This document shows, piece by piece, positions 13,525 to 25,985 of a stretch of DNA of 64,000 nucleotides; position 1 is the stretch's first letter; the number at the start of each line of letters is the position of its first letter. Below the pieces are notes generated by a model. It saw only the letters and a list, made by a program, of their open reading frames with translations. It was not told the DNA's origin and did no database searches. This DNA comes from Hypanus sabinus. Its lineage: Eukaryota. The stretch lies in assembly GCF_030144855.1 (NCBI RefSeq), contig NC_082731.1, forward strand, positions 25,668,001-25,732,000, in the 5' to 3' direction. A program made the translations under genes and the position numbers.

Positions 13525-13876
13525 AATGCTGCTCTCACTACCTCCGAGCACAGTTACTCCGCAGTCAAACCGAATTAGATGACTAAATTATCCATGATCA
13601 TCAAGGCTTTACATAACGTGATCATTTACAGTCGCGTGTAAACCAAAGCCCTATAATTTGACCAGTTATAGGAGTGACACAACTTCCATTCACGGCGCTT
13701 CTCTTACAGCAACTCTCCGACGTGATCGGAGGATCTACTCTGTCAATGTAGCCATCATTCATTCTGTGGATTTGCCGTTGAAATTCCGCCTTCCATTGCA
13801 TGGAGGACCGAACGTGCCCTCAAAGTCCGGAATACATCTTTGGCGATCATTGCCCCGATGGGAGGAAATTTCGTTA

Positions 13877-14991
13877 GGTTTTTGTTCCGGTCCAGTCGCG
13901 ATCTCTGTCACTGTTTCTTACACAATAATTGGTGGAAGTGTCTTCCAGCCTTAGTTTGTTCATTTGCGGATAAATGGAGCTGCTGTCCTCGGAAACCTTA
14001 AATCGGACTTGGACTCCGGGCGCGTACGTCTTGCTACCGCTAAGCTGTAAGACCGCTACCCACTCCAGCACTTGCCTGGAGACTTGCTTCATTCAATGCA
14101 TGTCATAGTTTCTGAGGATGAACCGACACGTAAGTCTTTGAGACTGTCCGGGAATTATACCGCTGAATCGGGCTGTGTCAGCCCAATGTAGGTCGCAGGC
14201 CTGTAAATAAAAAAAAAGCAGACATTAATAAAAAGATTCTGCGGACATTGGATCACAAAGCCTCCGAGAAACACTCGGTGCGGGGTTTCACAAGTGCGGA
14301 GCGGGGTGGACCCAAATGCAGGATACAAACATGCTTTGCAGAATTAATACGAATCGGGTTTCGTATCGTAACTAGGAATGCAAGGATTGTTCAGAGGGAG
14401 ATCAAGGTGTGAGAAATTCGGAGCTCCGAACTCCGAAACATATAACGATAGACAGTTCAAACCTTGACACGAAATGGCTCCGAATAGTGGCCGGCCCTTG
14501 ACTCGGCCTAGGATTTGCAGAGAGCGGCTGTAGTGTCAATCTGGTGGGTTAACGTGGCTCGATCAGACAAAGTAACTTAACAGACTGGCTCCGGCGAGAA
14601 GATGCGACTTAAGCAATCGCTTCAGGGAGAAGACTTGAGGAGATCCGGCATTGTAAATTGGTTCGTTCCGGCAAGGTGACTTGCTTGCACTTGCTTCGCT
14701 GACGTCCGATGACGATCTGCCCCCGAGTAGCCGTAATCCCGACACTAAATACTGCTCGTTCAGCTGAGACTCAGTGTCGTTTATTTCACAGCCCAAGACA
14801 GACGGTGAAACAATGAATAAAGGAAAACAAGAAGTCAACGGGCCTGATCGTGACACAAAGTAAATTTAAAGGGACCAGGAAATAACAGATCAGGACCGTG
14901 ACACGGGGGGTGGGGAGAGGGGGCGACAAGCCGCGTTATAACTACCTGCCATGCAAGAAGCGATTAGACAGAGATAAGAAATAAAATTCAT
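13877..14991 (-). pseudogene. IGHV: IgW-like VH pseudogene (VH2): leader 14946-14991, intron 14201-14945, V exon 13916-14200, 23-RSS 13877-13915
   Basis: Leader MNFISYLCLIASCMA with GT donor; MKQVSRQVLEWVAV...LRLEDTSTNYCVR; frameshifts in FR1, Trp41->TGA (14093-14095); RSS aacagtg-23-acaaaaacc (perfect nonamer, broken CAC). Confidence 0.92.
14286..14903. mobile_element. Solo LTR (618 bp) in the VH2 leader intron
   Basis: T(T)TCAC...CGTGACA termini; 5-bp TSD CGGGG at 14281-14285 and 14904-14908; absent from the VH1 intron. Confidence 0.8.
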
Positions 14992-15357
14992 CACTCCGAG
15001 AACTGACAAACTTGACACCTTTGAGATTGGCGCTTCAGTTCAGGCCGGCTTTATCGGAAGACGCAGTGAACTCTGTTTCAATAGGGACACGGGCTCTGAG
15101 TGAATGATAGCACTGTAGCTTGAACAGGCTGTCACACACTGAAAACAGAGACATAGCTTCCTATTCCAATCCTCAGCAGTGATTCCAATTCCCCAGAAGC
15201 TGCTCGTCTCTGTACTGAAGGCAGGTCATCGGCAATGAACAGATCCGAAATGAAGGTGTGTCACACTCTATTCAATTCTTCAATTCCAGCGTGCAACGGT
15301 GTATCTAAACGGAAACACTATGAATCCAAGGAGGAGTGAAGGACCGACAACAGTACT

Positions 15358-15613
15358 TGGACAGGTATTCCCTTGAGACACAGGGACTGAAAGACATTAG
15401 GCGGTGGACAAATGTTATCCTCTGAGAGAGGAAGTTAGAGACAACAACAACAGTCAGTGGAGAAATATCACCCTGTGACACAGGGGCAGAGCGATACCAG
15501 TCAGTGGAAAGATATCTCCTGAGAGACGGAAACAGAGACACACTAGTACGTCGCGAGATATCCCGCAGAGAGACAGGGACGAAGAAAATCAAGGCAATAG
15601 CCAGATATCCTCC
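15358..15613 (-). repeat. ~45-bp repeat array upstream of VH2
   Basis: About six copies of the CAGGG-GATAT-C/T-TCCACTGACTG core on the minus strand. Confidence 0.75.
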
Positions 15614-16489
15614 AAGGGACGTGTTTAAAGGACACCTGTCCTAGTAGGAAAACGCACTAAGCAACAAAAAGTATGACCACACATCCTTCTGCCTGTACCC
15701 ATAACAGGAGAGTCAATATGAAACACAAACCCCAGGGTGGAAATGGGTGTAATATATTCTGATAAGAAAAGTTCATACTACGACATCTAACAAGTCAATT
15801 TTGTCCAGGCCAAGCCCTGGACACATCTGCTCAACACAGTATTTAAATGACTCTTTGACCTACTTCAATCGGTGCAAGGAATAGGACGTCTGATGCAGGG
15901 AGCTCAGGAGCAGGAAGAGCAGGAAAAACCGTGGTTGCTGGAAGGAAGTTTCGCTCTAGCTAAGTTGGAAGACATCCGATCGATATTGAAAGCAAAATCA
16001 CGGTGGAGGGCATCCAATCCGCACTTCAGTAAAGTGGGCGATTTTGTTTTGCCACCCTAATGTGCGGTGTGAGTGTACTATAATAAATCCGACAGTATAA
16101 CTGTTGGTGGACTGACCCATAAGATCCACTGAAATTTGATAGATTGTATTTAAAGTTGGAAGGCAGAGTGCAGCGATTCGGTGAGTAGCTTTGTAAACAA
16201 CGCATATGTTGCGGAGATTTGAATAACGAATACATTGTCAAATGGACTCAACTGGAAATAGACCATTTGGGCGGAGAACTTAGAGACGAGGATTTACCTC
16301 GGAACAAGTGAGGGGTTTGCGCTTCTGACGGCAAATGCAAAACTGAAATCTATCATCAGGGTCAAGCACATTGACGTGTTGAGTGTGTGTCCCTGGCCAT
16401 CTTCACTATTGCACCCTAGGTGTAGTCCGGGACCTTGTGTTTGCCTCATATTTGAGGACAGCTAGGCCAGACATGTTCGATTTTTTAAA

Positions 16490-17302
16490 TTATTATCTGC
16501 CCCTCGCGTTCATTTGTATTCTGTGCACGGTCACTTTTTAACGCCGTGATAATTGAGACTGATTGTTGCTCTATGTGATTTCTACTGACTATGGTGTGTT
16601 TGGACTTATGCAAGGACACTGCCTGCTTCTGAGTTGCTGTGGTGAAGAGAGGTGTAGTTATTTACTGGACAATCGATGTTATGGTTTCTCTGCAGCTTGT
16701 TTACTGTTTTTTTTTTTTTATTTTCCCTGCGGTTTGTTTTAAATATACAAGGACAGACAGAAGACAGACTGGAGACACTGACGAAACAGACACTTCATTG
16801 AGCTTTGTGCGCCCACGAAAGGGTGGGTTTTAGCTCGCAGTTTGGAATAGTGGTGACCGGTGGGAAGCTATCCGTGTGTTTAACCTTTGCCTGGGTTGAG
16901 AGCTTCACCGCGTGAAAACGGTCCCTTGTGCAGGGGTCACAGTCGGTGACTTCAACAAGACTCTGGAGCAGGAGGACGACGTGGAAGATTCGACGGCATC
17001 GGCTCAATTGGAAACCAAATTACCTCTATCTCCTAAATCTACTCAACTTAATATCTCGAACTGAACTGACTTCATACCTATACCATCGTAAGACTGTAAC
17101 ATTTACCACCTGAGCTGGAAGAAGTTTGGGCTTTTATATTTACACACTTATATATGCATAAACTCTGCTAACCTGTTTGCTGTCTCTTGTTTTATATTAT
17201 CTTATTACGTAGATACTAATAAAATAGATTGTTAACAAAAGACTTAGACTCGATGTGTGTTCCATTTCTGATGGTCCGTTTAACCCGTTACGGGGAATGT
17301 AA
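16490..17302. mobile_element. Probable solo LTR (Gypsy-type)
   Basis: Absent from the other palindrome arm; AATAAA-like signal and ...cccgttacggggaatgtaa end resembling an LTR terminus; TSD not convincing. Confidence 0.5.
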
Positions 17303-18129
17303 AATAATTCGAAAACGTATTTGGTTTTAAAAAGCTTGTCCTCATCCGCATAAATCCTTGCTGATATCAACCGTAATGAGGCACTCGCCATACCGACTGT
17401 ATCAATTAGTCGGGAAAGATGCATCTTTCATATATCGGTACCTATTGATCCAACAGGATTCAATCAGTGCTGCAATCTTTCGCTGATTCCATTATGGCTT
17501 TTCTCGATAATAAAATTGATTAGACGGCTGAATAGTGCAGCCTGTAACATGGTTATCTCAGAGCTCTAAAAAGCAGCTTTCGTTAATGACCTCGGACGTT
17601 GTCTGTGTTTTCAGTTTCCCAATTCTGATGGAGACATCCAGGCGTAAAGGCGAGTTCATCAACATGCCATTATTTTCAGCGAGTAGTTTAAGTAATCGCT
17701 TGTAATAACAAACTCGGGCGATGGTTCGCCAAGAATTCGTGGATCCAACGTCCGCTCATGTTGTAATTGGGAAAATAGTAATTTTCCTAACATACCAGCG
17801 AATTTCGAACTAGACGGGGAAAAAGAAAAAAAAAAACGACTGTCCCTGCCGAAGCGGCCATGTTCAAGAGCGTTTATTCCGTTTTTCTATCCTTATATGC
17901 CGAAAATAAAATGTTTGATAGCGCAGCCAATTCAAGCGGGCGCACCACAGATCAGAATGGCTGAAATCAACAGATATGGTTTGGTGGTCAAACCGTGTAA
18001 GCATTAAAAATCGTATGGAAGTACTAACGTTGAGAATCACATGTTGTGTGACAAAAGCATGACTCATGCAGCTGATGCGTTGGTGTTTACAGGGGTTAAT
18101 TTGAACTTCGAGTTAGGGCGATCGACTAT

Positions 18130-18480
18130 GAGTTTACAGTTATCAAGGATCCAGAAATATAAATTGGATGGGTGAATGATTCTGGCGTTGCCTGGAATGG
18201 AGATCAGGTTTCACCTGTTGCTGAAATGGGAGGCTTTAGTTACATAGAGTTGTTATATATGCTGGATTTATTTTCACTGGAACGACGAAGGCAAACTTTA
18301 AATTAGGAGTGTTTATACAATTGTAAGCAGTATAGAGAGCTCCAGCCCTTTTCCCTGGCACAGAACGTAAGAACCACTGGGCAAAATCTCTGGTTATTGG
18401 GGTGTGCTTTAAGAAAATTTCAGTGATATTATTCCATACCAGTTTAAGGTTTTCCCGATAAGGTGGTGTAAACTGGTACA
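18130..18480 (+). mobile_element. Old CR1 LINE 3' fragment
   Basis: Translates to MGGFSYIELLYMLDLFSLERRR...TTGQNLWLLG, matching the CR1 ORF2 C-terminus; mirrored at about 2050-2340 (-). Confidence 0.55.
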
Positions 18481-19079
18481 AAATGTCGTGGAGAAGACAT
18501 TCGTGCAGTAGAAAGAAGAGGAAAGGCAGAGAGTGTTGCGGTCAAAAAGAGAGAATTGACATAATATATGGCCATCTTCGCTACCGAACAAATCGGTTAT
18601 GGTACTGTACAATTCTCCGATTCTCTTGCACGGTACTCTCAAGCGCTGAAAGATTTCAACCTGAGCTGCATTATCACTGATCGCTACCCCTCCCCTCCCA
18701 TTTTTGTATGTTTATAGTGGTTATAATTGTAGCGTGTTGGGGCCAGCGATAGTCATCATGAATAACTCATACCCACCAACAATAGGAATTAGGTTGCGGG
18801 TCATTGGGACAAATTATATCTTCTTGTAATGTGATCGTAAGTACTTGGTTTCTGCTAAAGCACGTGCAATGCTTTCTTGATCTTGAAAGTACGTTTCAAA
18901 CCAGCTGAAAATTCAACCGCAGCTTTGCTAGAATCAAATGTTGAACATTATTCTTCATCCAACAGGACGACAATCTTGTGGTCGAGTTTAGAGTCTTGCC
19001 TGCCTCAATAACCCGGAGATCTATATTGGATGGAGTCACGACAGTGTAGTTTGGCTCTTGCTAGGGCCACCCATCCCAA

Positions 19080-19520
19080 ATAGGTCAAAGGTTGGACGCT
19101 ATTCAGTGAGTGGTCCACTGATTCTGCATGGTCGATGGTTCTCCAGGACTGAGTCTGGCCCTGTGCCTCAGGAGCGAACGGTGGAGAACAGCCGTGCTGC
19201 GATAAAAATGGGAACGAAAAGTGGAACGGAAATGCGGTTCTTTGGGCGATAACCAGATTACCGGATGGTATGTTGCCTCCCGGATACCAGGGTCGGGACA
19301 TCTCCGAACGAGTCCTGATCGTTCTTAAGTCGAAGTGTGAACAACCAGGCTTCATTGTCCATTTCGTTACCAATGACACGGGTAGGACGAGTTCTGCATA
19401 GGGAGCTCAGGGAGTCGGGTGCTAAGTTGAAGGGCGAGGCATTCAGGTTTGTGATCTGAGGATTTCTACTCATGACACATGCAAGTGATGCCAAATATAG
19501 GAAAATTATAAATTATCACA
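19080..19520 (+). mobile_element. CR1 ORF1 fragment
   Basis: MVCCLPG-like and VH-VTND motifs at nucleotide level; inverted homolog of 1030-1430. Confidence 0.65.
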
Positions 19521-20249
19521 CGTCGCTGTGAATTTGATGTAGGAGTGTGGGCATAAGATCTTTGCATCTTTGAGCGCCCTTCCTGCGAAGTTAGGACAGG
19601 TACAAAAGGGAATTCTTGCAGATTAACTAAAGGTAGACATAATATCATAGCGAGAGGTCGCAGACGTGCAAGAAAATTCTGGTTGTTATCGTAAGTGATT
19701 TTTACCTTTCCAGATATTGTTTTGGAATCTGATTCCGTAAAAGCCTTACATGTGATGTCGAATTCCAAATGTGTTCGGGAAGCTTTTCTTCAGCAGTAAG
19801 AAGATATAGTATGTGATAGAAGTTTGTGTAGGGTAACCTTTTGCATCCAGTGACTACAATGCCATTAGTTTCTAAGTATATATATGGAATAAGATAGATA
19901 TGGTCCGCTGGTTGAGATTCATAATTTGAGAAAGTCAGTTTTGTGGGTAACAGAAATACTCTGGAAAAGGAGAGTTTGGGACAGGTGTTTCTTTATGTTC
20001 ATGGAAACATGTAATTAGTGAGTGGGAGGGCTTTAGAATCGAAAGTTTAAGAGTACAGAGCTTGTGTGTCCCTGTCAGAATAATAGGTAAATATGGCAAG
20101 TGCAGAAATCCTTGGTTCTGAAAGCATAATGAGGCACTCATTAATGAGGCTATGAGAGAAAATGAAATCCACAAAATTTATAGGCTACAAGGAACAAATG
20201 AAGTGTTTGTAGCATAAAGCACATACAAGAGGACATTTACAAAAAAGAA

Positions 20250-21000
20250 ATCAGAAGGAAGAATGATACCGCGAAAGTGTTCTGGGAGACAAAGTGAAAG
20301 AGAATCATAAGTGGTTCTACAGTTATGTTAAGAGCAAAAGGATTGGACGGGGCAAATTCCGTCCTCCTTGAACACCAGAAGGTTACTTCACTTGTGTGGC
20401 GTCAAACATCTACGTACGGTAGTTTTTTAAATGAATTCTTTGCATCTGTATTTACACAGAAGACCAGTCAGGGACAATAGATATGAAGCATTGCGGCATC
20501 AATTTCATGGACCAGTGTCGTTCATAGAAGAGGAAGTAATTGCAATCCTGAGGCAAATCAGGGTCCTTAATTTCCCAGGGCCTGAGAAGATGCTCCCTCG
20601 GAGCCTATGGAATTCAAGCGTAAAAACTGCCGGGGACCTATTAGAGATATTGTAATAATTCTTAGCGACAGGGAGGTACCAGAGGATTGGCGGGTAAAGA
20701 GTATGTTCTGCTGTTTAAGAAAGTTCTGAAATTACGGCCCGTGAGTCTGAAATGCGTTGTGAAAAGGTTACTGGAAGGAATTTCAAGGGTTCGGATAAAT
20801 AAAGAATTTTAGAGACAGAGATTGATTAACAATAGGCAGCTGGGTTTGTGCGTTGCTGATTATGTCCAACCAATCTTATGGAGCTTTTCGAAGATGTTAA
20901 CAGGGAAGTAGATGAGGGCAAGGCGGTGTATGTTATCAACAAAGACTTTTGTCAGGCATTTGACAATGTGCTGCATGGGCGACTGTTCAGGAACGTTATG
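20250..21000 (+). mobile_element. Decayed CR1 ORF2 (RT) fragment
   Basis: Remnants of PGP-..-PR-L, TNLMELFEDV and GKAVYVI--DF-QAFDNV motifs. Confidence 0.7.
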
Positions 21001-21050
21001 TCTATTCGAAACCAGGTCATCTTTTACTCGCTGAGCTATTCACAGTAACA

Positions 21051-21081
<31 letters not shown>

Positions 21082-21099
21082 CCGGGGGTGCCCGAACTT

Positions 21100-22046
21100 T
21101 TCCATGCGCGAAAGACTGCGCAAACAACAGCTGTTGCTCTGGTGATTCACCTGTCTCAACTTTACGGGAGAATGGCAAAAAGAAAGCTACTGTTAACAAC
21201 AAACAATCGCAAGCAATCTTGGATAAAATTTGTCAGAACGCATGTGGTAAACACTGAAGGCAGCAGTGCGAGTTTTTTTCTTATGGTCTGATGAAAACAA
21301 AACTGAGCTTTGTGAGCATCATTCGAAATGCTTTTTAACGTAAGCCAAATAACGTACATCATCTAAAACGCATCAACCCTACAATGAAGCATGAGACTGG
21401 CTCATCATGCTGTGGGGAAGCGTCACTGCAGCAGGGTCTGGGATGTTTGTTAAAGTTGAAGGTAAATTTAGTGGAGAAAAATAGAGCGAACTACCTGACG
21501 CATTACACTGTGACTTGGGAGATTGGTTTTACAGTATGAGCATGATCCGAAGCATACATCCATAGCTACACAGGAATCACATAAAAATCAACAAAGTTAA
21601 TGTATTGGAGTGGTCAGATCAGTGTCCAAACCCCATTCCAATTCCGAATCTTTGAATGAATTTGAAAGATGCTGTGCAGTCATGATCTCCATACAATCTG
21701 ACAAATCTTGGGTAGTTTTGTAAGGAAGGATGGAAGAAAGTCCAGATGTGCTTAGCTGATAGGATCCTATCCACGTAGACTCAAAGTTGTAATTGCTGCC
21801 ATTTTTTTATTTACAATACAGTGACCTGAAGGGTGTAATACGTTTGCAGTCTATTATTTCGTGTTTGATATTTCTACTTAATTTAGTTCACAATGAAGAA
21901 AACTGTTTTTACTTTGATACAGTAAAAAAATGCATTGTTCTGTTGAGTAGTGTCAATCAGCCGACCTAAACCCACTGTGATTCCATGTTGTGAAACAATA
22001 ATACACGAAAACTTCCAACGAAGTGAAATACGTTTAATAGACAGTG
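21100..22046 (+). mobile_element. Decayed Tc1-family DNA transposon (3' part)
   Basis: LYGRMAKRKLLL, WSDE-K-EL, PT-KH----IMLWG, QYEHDPKH and VLEWS-Q-P remnants; TIR-like end ...aatacgtttaatagacagtgta. Confidence 0.75.
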
Positions 22047-23609
22047 TATATAATGTTTGCATAAATATTATTTTGCATATGATTTTTGCTCGTTAGGTTT
22101 GAGGACACATGCATATTGCAGAGTTTTGATTAACGATGAAGATGGTGAAATGGACTCCACTAGACATGGATCACTTTAGAGATATAGGAGATCAGGAGTT
22201 AATCCAAACAAGCATGAGGCCTCACACTTGTGGCAGCAAATGCAAAAGAAATGTCTAATATAACTGGCAGACATATCGACACAGTTGAATCATGTACGTT
22301 TCTCAACAGAAGCAGTAATGCAGGTATGTAGTGAGCAAAATTCAGTTAATTACTGCCTGTTGTGCTGCTGTTGTTCGTGTCAGCAATGAATGTACTCTAT
22401 CTCTTTCGGTCTTGGCCAACTTATCTATTATACCCCAAGTGAGTTTCAGTGTCCTAATTTCGGTCCCTGCGTTACTCCTGGAGGGTACAGTTTCAAGAAA
22501 ACAATGTTGTTCTGGATCGTCCCGGTGTTCTGGGCTTCCTTCGTCGCACCAGCAGGTTCCTCTCGGTTTTCACTCTTGTCAGCCATGGAAATTCCAGGTG
22601 GACACTAAGGAGACAGATATAGAAGAATTCTTCTTTGCTAATTCTGGAACAATTTGTTTTGAACCATTCAGGGTTCTTAGCCTTGGGCTGAACCTCCGAA
22701 TTTAGAAAATCAGAAGACCATTCTTAATATGGTCTCTACTCTTTGAACGGTTTCCCATAGTTGACCTGACCAAGAGACAAGGCACTACGTCGTGACTCCA
22801 GCCAACATATAAGCCTCTAATCCCTCGATAAATTTAACGCCCTTTTGGAGGAAAGTATAATGTTCACTAGTTTGATTCCTGTCATGATGGGTTCGTGTGT
22901 CAACTGAATATTACAGATTTGCAAAAAAATCTACCATCGGTCGAATATTGATCCCTCAACCAGCAGCACAGTGTGCCTAATCTCTTTATATCTCACTGTT
23001 TTTAACAGGATATGTACTTTTGTCATGTCGGTTGCATCTTCCATCATTGACTGCAGTTTCGTAGTAAGTCATTAAGGCCACTGACGCATGTAAATCACCT
23101 TGTTAGAGTTCAGCGTTGGTTCGATTATTAAGTCTATCAGCGCTATTTATATCTGAGTAAGAATAGAAGATTTTGTACACTCAGTACTGCCATCAGCAGG
23201 CTGGGTAAACAAAATTACCCAGCCTACTGGTCTGAAACGTGAATGATGTCTAACGTCAGATTCCTTTCAGCAATGGTTCATCCGAACTTGTCTGCAAATC
23301 ATCTGGGAAGTATACTGTTACCAACAACAACTACTTCTGATGCTGTTTGACTCCTGAGCTCTATGCATCAACCGTTATGTTTCTCTCGCCGTCTGATTAG
23401 GGTATATGTGTACAGTGTTTGGCGGTGAAATTCATGTTGTCAGGTCTCAGAAAACGAACATTTCTTTTCAGTCTATATTACAACCATTTTCACCCACAGA
23501 CATGCGCTTTATTTTGCTTCTTGTGATATCAGCACGGAGAGAATATTAGATGGTAATTCTTTTTCTTGCTTAATACATTTTTTCCTGCACAGACCGCTGT
23601 CTCTTAGAC

Positions 23610-23775
23610 CTAAGGAGGACATCTGCCCTTCGACATGTACGTTTGTCACTGTCTATCAGAGGGATATCTGTCCATTGACTGTACTCTACATCCCTGTATA
23701 TCAGGGAAATATCTGTCCACTGATGACTCTTACGGTTCCTGACTCTCAGGTGAATATCCATTTAACGACTGGTGT
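23610..23775 (+). repeat. ~45-bp repeat array upstream of VH3 (first part; continues at 25530-25625)
   Basis: atcagagggatatctgtccattgactg, atcagggaaatatctgtccactga, ctcaggtgaatatcc; split by LINE fragments. Confidence 0.7.
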
Positions 23776-23819
23776 CGCTCAGTCCTTGTCTCTTCGGGCG
23801 TTATTTATGTACTGATCAT

Positions 23820-25530
23820 AACACCATGAGATAGTGGAGCAGAATTAGGACATTTAAGCCATCGAGTGTATTCCGCTATTTTATCATGGCCTATTCATTT
23901 TTCCTGTCTGCCCCAGTCCACTGCCTTTTCCCGGTGCCCCTTCATCCCCTTACCAATCTAGCATCTATTAATCTCTTCCTTAGTTATACATAAAGACATG
24001 GCCTCAACAGTTACCAGGGGTAACGTATTCCACAGATTCACAACTATCTGGCTGAAGTAAATCCTCCACATCTCCATTCTAAAAAAAACTCCAAAGCGAG
24101 GCTTTCTCCTCTGGCTTTCGACATTCGCACCAAAAGAAGCATCCTCTCCGAGTCTACCCTGCAATATCCCATCACTATTCGAAAGGTTTTAATGAGGTTA
24201 CCCTTCATTATTCTGAATTCCAGTGAATACAGACCCAGAGCAAACTAAAGCACTTCATATAAGCACTGTTCAATTCTGGAATCATATTCGTGAATCTCCT
24301 CGGTACCAACTCCAGTTTCAGCATTCCCAAATGAAAAACAGGGGAGTCAGAATGCTCCATGAGTGGCCTTAGGACATGCTTTATAAAGCCTCCAAATAAC
24401 ATTTTTGCTTTTATAATCCATTGCATTTGATAAGAATGCATTTTGCTTTCTCACCAAAGACACAACTTGCAAAGTAAGTATTAGGATTTCGCGCACAGAA
24501 TCTTGCAATCCTTTTGCACGTGAGACCTTTCTGCTTTCTCTCCGGTTAGAAAATTGTCAACCATTTCATTTCTTCTACCAAAGTGCTTGACCATGCACTA
24601 CCCGTCAATTTGTTCCATCTGCAAATTATTTGAACATTCCGAGAATCCCTCTAATTTCATCTGTAGACTATCTCGTACCTCAAATCTACCTGCCCTTCCA
24701 CCTGCCTACGTATCCTCGACAAACTTTAGGCAAGGCCATCCATATCATTCACATTTTACACAATAACTATCTTTCCCCACACAGACATCTATGGAACACC
24801 ACTAAATACCGGCAGCCAACCTGTAAAGGATCCGATTATTCCAACTGTCTGTATCCTGCCAACCTGCTACTGCTTTATCCATGATTGCATCTTTTTTGTA
24901 ATAGCAAGGGTTTGAACGTTGGTAAGCAGCCCATGTGTTGCACCTTGTCTTAGGCATACTAAAATGTTATGTGCACAACATCAAACGGTTTTCCTTTGTC
25001 TATACTTTGTGTTATTTTTGAACAATTCCAACGGATTTGTCTGACAAGAATTTCCATTAAAGAAATGACGCCTCTATGACCTATTTGAGCATATGCTTCT
25101 AAGTACAATGAAAAGACACCTTGAACAATCGACTTCAGCGTTTTCACAACCACTTAGGTCAGGCTAAATGGTGACTTTTTTCTGCCTGTCTCTGCTCTTG
25201 CAGAGCGGAGTAACGTATTACATCTTTATATTCTTATGCTATTTAGTTGCCTTCTGGTGGTATTTTAAAGTTTCCCAATCTGCAAAATCTCCGCAATATT
25301 CTCCATGATATCCTCACTCTTTGACTCTTATGTTGGCTTTGTCGTCCTGTTATTCACGGATGTATCATCTTCCCTTTATAATAATTCTTTCTGTGTCCGT
25401 TCTGTACATCCCGTGCCTTCCAAATTCTTTCCAGAAATTCCCGCCATTGCTGCTCTGTCGTATTCCCTGCCACTATTCTCTTCCAATCAATTCCAGCCAA
25501 ATCCTCTTCCACCCATCTGTAAATTCCTGA
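23820..25530 (-). mobile_element. Several decayed CR1 fragments
   Basis: Antisense CR1 3' and RT remnants, e.g. SIDKGKPFDVVHITF (ORF 24959-25153). Confidence 0.7.
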
Positions 25531-25985
25531 CTAGTGTATCTCAGGCCCTGTCTCAAGGGAATATCTGTCCACTGACTGGCGTCCCTCAGTCTCTGTCTCT
25601 CAGTGAGATATTAATCAGCTGACGGACCTTCTCATTTTTTCACGCTGGGATTCTCTGTGTTTCAGTTAAAAAATAAATTTGCGAACGCTGGATTTCATGA
25701 TATCAACCGACAGTGACAGATCCTAAATCCGGTTCAGTCACTCCCGCTGACCTGACTCCTGTACTGAGGGAAACATCTTTTGGAGAAGTGAAACCTCTGC
25801 TGGGGCGGGGACAGGAAGCTGCGCCTTTGTTTCGGTTGGTGAGAGCCTGTTCAGGCTGCGGCTTCCTCTCTCACTCGCAATCAGTCTCTCTACTTAATCA
25901 GCACTCACTTCTATTCGCATTAAATCCGGCCTGAAGTGAAGCGCCGTTCTGAAAAGCGCCTAAATCCGACTCAGTGCTCAGTTCG

